From Acidimicrobiales bacterium (GTDB taxonomy: Bacteria > Actinomycetota > Acidimicrobiia > Acidimicrobiales > RAAP-2): a DNA stretch of 64,000 bases. Both the position numbers and the translations under genes were made by a program. The notes beneath the pieces were generated by a model. It did no database searches and was not told the origin of the DNA. It saw only the letters and a program-made list of their open reading frames with translations. Location of the stretch: assembly GCA_035534455.1 (NCBI GenBank), contig DATLRV010000022.1, forward strand, positions 12,950 through 76,949, written 5' to 3'. Below, piece after piece: positions 56,542-64,000 of the stretch; within the stretch, counting starts at the first letter, position 1, and each line of letters opens with the position of its first letter.

Positions 56542-57395
56542 CCGACGCCCCTGAAGACGCCCCTGAAGACGCCCCTGGGGTCGTCCCCGAAGACGCCCCT
56601 GAAGACGCCCCCTCGGGACCGCCGCCGGGTGGGCGGTCGTTCCTCGACGCGCTCCTCGAGGTCCAGGACATGGACACGGGCATCGCCCAGCTCGAGCACC
56701 GGAGGGCCGCTCTTCCCGAGCGCCAGGAGCTGTCGCGTCTGACCGATGCGTTGAAGGAGGCGGGCCGGCGCTATGCAGAGGTCCAGGGGGCGCGCGGGGA
56801 GCTCGCCGGGCGTCAGCAGGAGCTCGAAAACGAGATCGCCGCGACGTCCACGCGCCGTGAGGCGCTGGAACAGCGCATGTACGCGGCACGTGGGACGCCT
56901 GCCCGGGACCTCCAGGCCATGGACGACGAGATCCGCCACCTGCGCGCGCGGCGCGACGAGCTGGAGGACGCCGAGCTCGAGGTGATGGTGGAGCTCGAGC
57001 CGCTCGACTCGACCTCAGCATCGCTCGAAGCGGAGGGAAGGGCATTGCGCGCCGCGGCGGAGCAGCAACGTGACGCGTTGGCTGCGGCGGAAACGGACAT
57101 CGACGCGCAGCTCGGCACCCTGGTGGCCGCGCGCGCAGCCCTCGCGGGCACCCTGCCCGGCGACCTCCGTGACCGCTACGAGTCCCTCCGCACCCGACTC
57201 GGCGGTACCGGCGCGGCACGCCTGGCCGGGAACCGGTGCAGCGGGTGCCACCTCGAGCTGCCCTCGATGGAGGTGGACCGGATCCGGCATCTCCCCGTGG
57301 GGACGGTGGTCACCTGCGAGCAGTGCGGTCGAATTCTCGTGCCGGCACCGGCGCCGGTGCCGGTGCCGGCGCCGGCGCCGGCGCCACCCGGCTGA
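56538..57395 (+). CDS. Coiled-coil / C4 zinc-ribbon protein (DUF164, Rv2229c-like)
   Basis: Long coiled-coil region and C-terminal CSGCH...CEQCGRIL. N-terminal (DAPE)n from 12-bp repeats (56544-56612) and a PAPAPVPVPAPAPAPP tail. The ATG overlaps the Nudix stop (56538-56541). Confidence 0.75.
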   Translation: MTDAPEDAPEDAPGVVPEDAPEDAPSGPPPGGRSFLDALLEVQDMDTGIAQLEHRRAALPERQELSRLTDALKEAGRRYAEVQGARGELAGRQQELENEIAATSTRREALEQRMYAARGTPARDLQAMDDEIRHLRARRDELEDAELEVMVELEPLDSTSASLEAEGRALRAAAEQQRDALAAAETDIDAQLGTLVAARAALAGTLPGDLRDRYESLRTRLGGTGAARLAGNRCSGCHLELPSMEVDRIRHLPVGTVVTCEQCGRILVPAPAPVPVPAPAPAPPG

Positions 57396-57461
57396 GCGGC
57401 ACCGCGGGCGCCGCGCACGCACCGGCCCTGGGCCCTCGGCCCTCGGCACCTCCCACGCCGC

Positions 57462-58398
57462 TCAGGTGCTGGGCGACGGCGTCCGCGCGACGAACGCGAC
57501 GATCACCGCCGCGAGCTCCTCGCCCTTGTCCTCCTGGAGGAAGTGGCCCGCGCCCCCGATGGTGACGTGGTCCTGCGCCGCCGCTCCGGGAACGGCGTGG
57601 GTGAACAGACGATCAGCGCCGCGCGTGATGGGGTCGCCGTCGCTGAACGCACAGAGGAAGGGGCGGTCGAACACGCTGAGCACGTCCCACGCGTGCCGGT
57701 TCGCGTCGGCGGCGGGATCGTCGGGACGCGTCGGCACGAGCGCGGGCATCTGCCGAGGCCCTTCCTTGTACCGCTCGTCGGGGAACGGGGCGTCGTACGC
57801 GGCGGCGACGACGTCGTCCAGGCCCCGCGCGGTGCCGCCTCGTACGATGCGGCCCACGGGAAGCTCCGGGACCTCCTGGGAGAACCGCTGCCATACGAAG
57901 AACGCGTCGGGCATCCGCACGTCGCCCGTGGGCAGTCGCGTATTGGCGGCCACGACCCGCCCGGAACCGGTCGGGATGCTCGGCGACGAGCCGGAGCCCG
58001 AGGAGGCCGCCCCAGTCCTGGCAGACGAGGGTGACGCCTCGGAGCGCGAGCTCGTCGAAGAGCGCGGCGCGCAGCCACTCGACGTGGCGGGCGTAGGTGT
58101 GGTCGGTGCGGGAGGCCGGCTTGTCGGAGCGCCCGAAACCCACCAGATCGGGCGCGACCACGCGCAAGCCGCCGCGGACGAGCACCGGGATCACCTTGCG
58201 GTACAGGAAGGACCAGCTCGGCTCGCCGTGGAGGCAGACGACCGTGTCGGTGGCGTCGGGTGGCCCTTCGTCGAGGTAGTGGACGCGGAGCGACTCGACG
58301 CCCCCCGGCTCGCCGGAGGGCACCTCGACATAGTGCGGCGAGAGGTCGAAGCCTGCGAGATCTCTGAAGCGGTCGTCGGGCGTGCGCAACGAGTCCAC
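57462..58398 (-). pseudogene. Haloalkane dehalogenase-type alpha/beta hydrolase split by a +1 frameshift
   Basis: The N-terminal half (HGEPSWSFLYRKVIPVL...VAPDLVGFGRSDKP...CQDWGG...AEHPDRF) and the C-terminal half (VVAANTRLPTGD...GAGHFLQED) are in different frames. The junction is at about 57950-57965 (ttccgggcgGgtcgtggcc). Confidence 0.65.
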
Positions 58399-58444
58399 GA
58401 CCGCTCGAGTCTACGGACCGCCCGCCCGCGGGGCCGGGCGAGCG

Positions 58445-59212
58445 TCAGGCGGCCAGCAGCGCCTGCATCGTTCGCCCGACGACCCGGCGCGCCGCGGCGG
58501 CCGGAAGACCCTGGACATTGCGGAGCCGCTCCCACGTCTCCCACGACCCCGCGGCGTCGAGGCCGGCGAGGAGCTCCCGTCGGCCTCGGCTCGCTGCACG
58601 GAGCTCGGTGGCGAACGTCTCTTCGATCCATGCACGCAGCATCGAATTGCTGAGCTCGAGCCCTTCGGCGATGTCCGGGTGACGGCTCGCGAGGGAAACC
58701 GCCTTGCGCCGCACCGGGCTCACCGTGTCGAAGAGCTTGGCCCGCTGCGCGACCGTGCGGCTGATCCGCTCGTCGAGAGGGAGGTCCCCGGCGATGGGCC
58801 GGACGCTCACCCAGTGCCGCTGGATCTGGAGCTGGGCGACCACGCCGTAGAGGGCGTCCATGTCCTCGAAGTGGTGGAAGACGAGGCGTACGGACACGCC
58901 GGCCACGGCGGCCACCTCCTTGGCGGTGGGCGGAAGCTCCCTCTCGGCAATGAGGCCCAGAAGGGCGTCCGCGATCCGCGCGCGCGTCTGCTCGCCGCGT
59001 TCTTTCGGGGTCTCGCCCTTCTGCATCCTCCCGTTCGTTGCCCGGGTCCCGACCGGGTGCGCCGCCCTGGGGGCACCGCCGTCCACGGACACGAGCGTCG
59101 GGCGGCGCCTGCGGCTTGCGCCACCACGGGGTCGGGAGGTGCCGGCGCCGCCGTCGAGGCTGTGCAAGCCGCCCCTTGCCGGCGTCGGGCGATGGGCGTG
59201 AGGTGGGCTCAT
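58445..59212 (-). CDS. TetR-family transcriptional regulator
   Basis: HTH PTAKEVAAVAGVSVRLVFHHFEDMDALY. ATG 59212 is preceded by GAGGAG at 7-nt spacing. A shorter alternative start exists at 59026. Confidence 0.8.
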   Translation of the reverse strand: MSPPHAHRPTPARGGLHSLDGGAGTSRPRGGASRRRRPTLVSVDGGAPRAAHPVGTRATNGRMQKGETPKERGEQTRARIADALLGLIAERELPPTAKEVAAVAGVSVRLVFHHFEDMDALYGVVAQLQIQRHWVSVRPIAGDLPLDERISRTVAQRAKLFDTVSPVRRKAVSLASRHPDIAEGLELSNSMLRAWIEETFATELRAASRGRRELLAGLDAAGSWETWERLRNVQGLPAAAARRVVGRTMQALLAA

Positions 59213-59548
59213 GGGAATCTCCTCGGCTGACGGCTCGTCTTGGGGGGCACAGGTTCGGGTTCGCGCTGCGGGCGGCGCGCCCCGCCGGGGCACGGGTTCA
59301 GGCGCGGCAGGTGGCGCCCTGGACGGATGAGGGTGTCCTGCGGCGCCAGGTCGGCGACGCGGGGCACCGGTGTGGTCGCAGCGGACTGTCCCCATCCCAG
59401 GTACCCGAACCGCATTCCCTGTCACGCTACCAAGCCGCAACCTCCTTGCACCGTCAATCAAGCGCCCCCACGGATGCTGCGTACGGCTGACGCAGTCGTG
59501 CGGCACGGTGCGATGGCGTCCGACACCCCCGGAGCCACTCGCGCGCCG

Positions 59549-61444
59549 TCAGGGTCCACCACTGCCGCCGCTGTCGCCGCCGCTGTCCACCGCCGCCGCC
59601 GTCCCTGCTGCCCCTGCTGGCCCTGCCGCCGCTGCCGCCCCGACCGGCGCGGCGCGCCCGTCCGACATCACCACCACGTGATCGACGCGTGCGAGGTCGC
59701 GCGACCGGTGCGTGACGAGCACGACGCTCGTCCCGCGTCCCGTGGCGTCGTCGATGACGTCGGCGACGAGGCGCGCACCGGCGTCCTGGTCGAGTCCCGC
59801 CGTCGGCTCGTCGAGCACGAGCACCGGCGCATCGAGGAGGAGGGCGCGTGCGAGCGCGATCCGTCGCCGCTGGCCCCCGGACACCATCGCCCCCTCCTCA
59901 CCCACGCGCGTGTCGAGACCTTCGGGCAGGGTCGCGACCCACTCGTCGAGCTGGGCGCGGGTGACGGAGTCCGCGACCTCGGCCCCGCTGGCGTTCGGTC
60001 GCCCGAGTGCGACGTTCTGTCGGATGGTGCCGGAGAAGACGTGCGCGTCCTGGTCGACCAGCGCGATCGCGCGCCGGATGTCACGTTGGCCGAGCGTCTC
60101 GAGGGGGACGCCGCCCAAGGAGGCCGAACCCTGCTGCAGCGGCCAGAAGCGCAGCAACGCGTGGACGAGGCTGGACTTGCCCGCGCCGCTCGCGCCGACG
60201 ACGCCGACGTGCGCCCCCGGGGAGACGTCGAGGTCCATGCCGTCGAGCGCCCACGGGAGCTCGGGCCCGTAGCGGAGCCGGGCCCCGCGCACGACGACTG
60301 CCGGACACCCGGCGGGCAGGGGGACCGGGACGTCGGGGTCGACCACCGGGACGGGGGCCGCGGCGAGGTCGAGGATCCGCCGGCCCGCGGCGACGACATC
60401 GGCGGCGCGCACGGCGGCGAGCGTCACCGAGGGAACGGTCTCGAAGGCGCCCACCGCAGCGAGGGGGAGGACCGCCAGCATGACCGGTCCCATCCGATGC
60501 CCGTGCACCGCGGCCACGCCCAGCGCGAGGACCGCGGTCACCGCGGCGCCGAGGCACGCGGTCACGATCGCGCCCGAGGCACCGGCCGCCCACGCGCGGC
60601 GGCACGCGATCGCGGTGAGCTCCCGGTCCGTCTCCTCGAGCTCAGCAAGCGCCTCCTCTTCCCGTCCGAACGCGAGGAGCTCGGGCGCCGCGCGAAGGAG
60701 GTCGACGACTTCGGCCGCCAGCCGGCCGCGCAGCGCCGCCTCGCGCCCGCGGGCGGTTCCCGTCCTGACCGCGGCTGCGGGGCCGCAGATCAGCGCCACG
60801 ACGAGGGAGGCCGCCAGCACCGCCCCGGCGAGCGGCAGCACCACGGCGACGAGGACGATCGCGACCGTCGCTGCAGCGACCGTCACCGCGACGGGGAGGA
60901 GGCACCGCAAGTAGAGGTCCTGGAGGGTGTCGACGTCGTCGGTGACCCGGGCGAGGATGTCGCCGCTCCGCCACCCGCGTAAGCCGGCGGGCGCGAGGGG
61001 CTCGAGCCGGTCGTAGAGCCACACGCGCCAACGGCCGAGCGACCGGAACGCCGCGTCGTGGGCGACGAGCCGCTCGCCGTAACGGAGAGGTCCGCGGAGG
61101 AAGGCCAGGACCTCCACTGCCGCGAGGACGCCGGCGATCGCGCCGAGCCCCGGACGGAACGCCGCGCGGTCGACGACGTACCCCGAGCCGGCCAAGAGCC
61201 CCACGGTCGCAAGCGCGCCCAGCAGACCGAGCAGCGCGGCGAGCACGAGCCTCCCCCACGGGGGCGCGCCGATGCGCAGGAGGGTCCTCCCGACCTCGAG
61301 ACCAGAGAGCTCGCGGGCGGGCACCCCGACCCCCGCGGACTCGACCCCCGCGGACCCGAGCCCCGCGGACGTCGGCCCAGCGGACCCGAGCCCCCCGGAC
61401 CCGACGGCCGCGGAGCCGGCCGTGCTCGCCCGATCCGCGCTCAC
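59549..61444 (-). CDS. cydC: Thiol reductant ABC exporter subunit CydC (permease + ATPase)
   Basis: LRGPLRYGERLVAHDAAFRSLGRWRVWLYDRLEPLAP (CydC signature region), Walker A GASGAGKSS and LSGGQRRR. The GTG overlaps the cydD stop (61441-61444). Confidence 0.8.
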   Translation of the reverse strand: MSADRASTAGSAAVGSGGLGSAGPTSAGLGSAGVESAGVGVPARELSGLEVGRTLLRIGAPPWGRLVLAALLGLLGALATVGLLAGSGYVVDRAAFRPGLGAIAGVLAAVEVLAFLRGPLRYGERLVAHDAAFRSLGRWRVWLYDRLEPLAPAGLRGWRSGDILARVTDDVDTLQDLYLRCLLPVAVTVAAATVAIVLVAVVLPLAGAVLAASLVVALICGPAAAVRTGTARGREAALRGRLAAEVVDLLRAAPELLAFGREEEALAELEETDRELTAIACRRAWAAGASGAIVTACLGAAVTAVLALGVAAVHGHRMGPVMLAVLPLAAVGAFETVPSVTLAAVRAADVVAAGRRILDLAAAPVPVVDPDVPVPLPAGCPAVVVRGARLRYGPELPWALDGMDLDVSPGAHVGVVGASGAGKSSLVHALLRFWPLQQGSASLGGVPLETLGQRDIRRAIALVDQDAHVFSGTIRQNVALGRPNASGAEVADSVTRAQLDEWVATLPEGLDTRVGEEGAMVSGGQRRRIALARALLLDAPVLVLDEPTAGLDQDAGARLVADVIDDATGRGTSVVLVTHRSRDLARVDHVVVMSDGRAAPVGAAAAAGPAGAAGTAAAVDSGGDSGGSGGP

Positions 61445-63270
61445 CGACCCGCCTCCTCCGCCAGGTCGTCACGACCGCCGTCGACGTCGCGATCGTCATT
61501 CGGGTCGTCCTCGTCGGCGTCGCAACGGTCGTCCTCGACCGACCCCGCCCCTCCGGCAGCCAGGCGCACGACCCGGTCGAGGCGCCCGACGAGCTCGGGC
61601 CGGTGCGCGGCGACGAGCACCGTCTTGGGCTCGAGCCACGCCCCGAGCGAGTCCCGCAGCGCGGCCTCCGAGTGGGCGTCGAGGTGCGCGACCGGTTCGT
61701 CGAGGAGAAGCACCGGTGCGTCGCGGATCACGGCGCGTGCGAGGGCGAGGCGCTGGCGTTCTCCGGCGCTGAGCGACACGCCGCCTTCGCCGATCGCCGT
61801 CGCGAGACCGAGCGGCAGTCCCTGCACGGTGTGCGAGAGGCCGACCGTCTCGATCGCGCGCCGCAGGTCGCCCTCGCTGGCGTGATGACTCGCAAGACGC
61901 AGGTTGTCTTCGATCGTGCCGCGGACGAGGTGGGGGCGCTGCGGGACCCAGGAGAGGGAGCGGCGCCAGCGGGCGGGCTCGGTGGTGGCCAGGTCGTGGC
62001 CGTCCACGAGCACTCGGCCCGCAACGGGTTTCACGAACCCGAGGAAGAGGCCGACCGCCGTGGACTTGCCTGCGCCTGAGGGCCCGACCAGCGCGACGTG
62101 CTCGCCGGTGACGAGCTCGATGGAGAAGTCGCACAACGCGGGGATGGCGCGCCCGGGGTACGTGATCGTCACCGCGTCCGCGCGGAGCATGGACCGGCCA
62201 ACCCGAGCCGGTCGCGCGGCGCTCCCTGTGCTGGCACCGGCGCCGCCCCCGTCGCGAGCTGGCGCGGCGGAGTGCGGGGCGTCGGTCTCGAGCACCGAGA
62301 GGATGCGGTCGGCTGCGGCCTGCCCCTCGGTGCTCGCGTGGAATTCTGCCGCAGCGCGGCGGAGCGGCAGGAACACTTCGGGCGAGACGAGAAGGACCGC
62401 GATGGCCGTGGAGAGGCCGAGGTGCCCGCCGAGGAGCCGCAGCCCGAGCACCATCGCGACGAGACCCGTGCCGATGCCCGCGAGGAACTCCAGCGCGAGC
62501 GCCGAGAGGAAAGCGACGCGCAACGTGTCGAGCGTCGTCCGGCGCAGCGCGTCGGTCGCCTCGGCGACCTCGCGGCGCCCTTGCGCTTCCCTCCCGAACG
62601 CCCGGAGCGTGGGCAGGCCTCGCAGCAGGTCCAAGAAGCGCGCCGAGAGTGACGAGAGCCGGCGCCACTGGCTGCGCGTTCGCGTCGCCGACTCCCGGCC
62701 GAAGCGGACCATCGCCACCGGCACCAGCGCCGCGAGGGCGAGCAGGATGAGGAACGAGGGCCAGTCTTCGCCGGCGACCCACGCCAGGATGCCGAGCGGC
62801 GCGAGCGCGGCGAGGATCCCCTGGGGGAGGTACCGGCCGAAGTACGTCGTGAGCGCGGCCGTGCCGCGCGTCGCGACGAGTGACAGCTCTCCGGCACGCT
62901 CGCCGCCGAGCCACACCGGGCCGAGCTCGAGCGCGCGGTGGAGCAACTGGCGTCGAAGCGTCGAGGTGACTGCGGCCCCGGTGCGCTGGGCCGCGGACTC
63001 GCCCGCCCACCCGAAGAGCGCCCGGGCGGCGAAGGCCGCGGCGAGCCAGGCGAGGCGCGGCGCGACCGCGCCGAGCCCCGCGCGGTGGAGCACGGACGCC
63101 GACACGACCGAGGCGAGCAGGACGGCCTGGGCGACGACGCAGGCGGTGGAGGCGAGGCCGACGCCCACCGCCGCGACGAGGTACCGACGCGTCGCGCCGA
63201 CCCGGGCGACGAGACGACGGTCGATCAGGCCACCGCGGCGCCGTGGGACGGCAGTGGTGGACATGTCCAT
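61441..63270 (-). CDS. cydD: Thiol reductant ABC exporter subunit CydD (permease + ATPase) with acidic C-terminal tail
   Basis: Six-TM ABC permease region, Walker A GPSGAGKST, LSAGERQR and LLLDEP. Confidence 0.8.
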   Translation of the reverse strand: MDMSTTAVPRRRGGLIDRRLVARVGATRRYLVAAVGVGLASTACVVAQAVLLASVVSASVLHRAGLGAVAPRLAWLAAAFAARALFGWAGESAAQRTGAAVTSTLRRQLLHRALELGPVWLGGERAGELSLVATRGTAALTTYFGRYLPQGILAALAPLGILAWVAGEDWPSFLILLALAALVPVAMVRFGRESATRTRSQWRRLSSLSARFLDLLRGLPTLRAFGREAQGRREVAEATDALRRTTLDTLRVAFLSALALEFLAGIGTGLVAMVLGLRLLGGHLGLSTAIAVLLVSPEVFLPLRRAAAEFHASTEGQAAADRILSVLETDAPHSAAPARDGGGAGASTGSAARPARVGRSMLRADAVTITYPGRAIPALCDFSIELVTGEHVALVGPSGAGKSTAVGLFLGFVKPVAGRVLVDGHDLATTEPARWRRSLSWVPQRPHLVRGTIEDNLRLASHHASEGDLRRAIETVGLSHTVQGLPLGLATAIGEGGVSLSAGERQRLALARAVIRDAPVLLLDEPVAHLDAHSEAALRDSLGAWLEPKTVLVAAHRPELVGRLDRVVRLAAGGAGSVEDDRCDADEDDPNDDRDVDGGRDDLAEEAGR

Positions 63271-63417
63271 CTCAACCTACCGCCGCCGCCTCGGGCGGAG
63301 ACAGGCGGGGCGCGGCGGCTCGACGACATGGTGCGAGCGCCGCCCGTGGGCTCCTCTGCGAGGGCCGCACACCGGCCGGCCTTCATCGGGCCTCGGGAGC
63401 TGTGGGACGATGCCCCC

Positions 63418-64000
63418 GTGCCGGATTACTCGGCCGTGAACCGCGCGAACTGGGACGAGCGGGTCCCGGCGCATGTCGCGTCCCCGGACTACGCGGTCGA
63501 GCGGTTTGCCACCGACCCCGAGTTCCTGAGCGGCGTGGTCGCGTTCGATCGCCAGAGGCTCGGCCGCCTCCGCGGGCTGCACGGGGTGCATCTCCAGTGC
63601 CACATCGGGACCGACACGGTGTCCCTCGCGCGTCTCGGGGCGAAGATGACGGGTCTCGATTTCTCGCCTCCCGCGATCGCGGCGGCCCGTCAGGTCGCCG
63701 CAGCGGCCGGCGCGGCCGTGGAGTTCGTCGAAGGCGACGTCCACGACGCCGTCGGTCTCCTGGGCGCAGGCGGCTTCGACCTCGTCTACACGGGGATCGG
63801 CGCGCTGTGCTGGCTGCCGAGCGCAGCGCGGTGGGCCGCAGTGGTTGCGGCGCTGCTGCGCCCGGGCGGCAGGCTGTTCCTCCGTGAGGGCCACCCGATG
63901 CTCTGGGCGCTCGACGACGAGGGCACCGACGAGCTGGTTGTCCGCTTTCTCTACTTCGAGGAGCCCGAGCCACTGGTCTACGAGTCCGAGCTCACGTACG
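63418..64000 (+). CDS. Class I SAM-dependent methyltransferase (3' end outside window)
   Basis: Open frame from GTG 63418 to the window end, with high GC3. VHLQCHIGTDTVSLARLGAKMTGLDFSPPAI (motif I region) and LLRPGGRLFL. Absent from the ORF track because no stop lies in the window. Confidence 0.65.
   Translation, partial: MPDYSAVNRANWDERVPAHVASPDYAVERFATDPEFLSGVVAFDRQRLGRLRGLHGVHLQCHIGTDTVSLARLGAKMTGLDFSPPAIAAARQVAAAAGAAVEFVEGDVHDAVGLLGAGGFDLVYTGIGALCWLPSAARWAAVVAALLRPGGRLFLREGHPMLWALDDEGTDELVVRFLYFEEPEPLVYESELTY

Noticed and set aside
53572-57395. Very long plus-strand ORFs 53572-55758 (728 aa) and 54972-57395 (807 aa).
   Set aside because: Only their 3' portions encode recognisable proteins (PhzF from 54937; the zinc-ribbon protein from 56538). 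The upstream parts are Arg-rich read-through overlapping the aminotransferase, PhzF and Nudix genes in other frames.

Overview
This is a 64-kb, very GC-rich chromosomal segment (by eye above 70% over most of the window; not computed). It looks actinobacterial. Supporting features are a fused Kgd/OdhA-type 2-oxoglutarate dehydrogenase, the F420 gene cofC/fbiD divergent from gpsA (mycobacterial-type synteny), an ECF sigma plus membrane partner, a LysM-BTAD regulator, Lys/Ala-rich histone-like tails and a lipobox lipoprotein. I call about 53 protein-coding genes (2 of them disrupted), one tRNA-Val(UAC) and several short tandem-repeat loci. I see no rRNA, CRISPR, transposase or integrase. At this GC content most long ORFs in the six-frame track are antisense or out-of-frame shadows. 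I picked real genes by recognisable motifs, third-position GC and the recurrent 4-nt start/stop overlaps (GTGA/ATGA). Content is mostly housekeeping and metabolic: gpsA, adenylate cyclase, GH38 mannosidase, rpiB, rnhB, kgd, fabZ-like, xthA, ThDP enzyme, FAD oxidase, malate synthase G, aminotransferase, PhzF, Nudix, cydDC. The candidates most worth a second look are listed here. (1) An alpha/beta-hydrolase, then a membrane-anchored MurF-like ligase lacking the soluble N-domain, then a divergent Ddl-type ATP-grasp (27.8-31.3 kb). (2) A Regnase/Zc3h12a-like NYN RNase fused to a histone-H1-like K/A tail and an S1 domain, starting 3 nt after kgd (19.6-21.4 kb). (3) A sigma-like protein, an S/T/P-rich membrane protein and a multi-TM LysM-wHTH-BTAD protein, next to a block with a CHAP hydrolase, a lipoprotein and unknown proteins (31.3-38.9 kb). 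(4) An orphan type IV coupling protein at the left edge. (5) A visibly lower-GC block beginning at tRNA-Val that carries glyoxylate and envelope genes. (6) Two genes broken by a stop and/or frameshifts, and three unrelated intergenic 14-17-bp tandem-repeat arrays. All family assignments were made by eye from motifs; no database, HMM or folding computation was possible.
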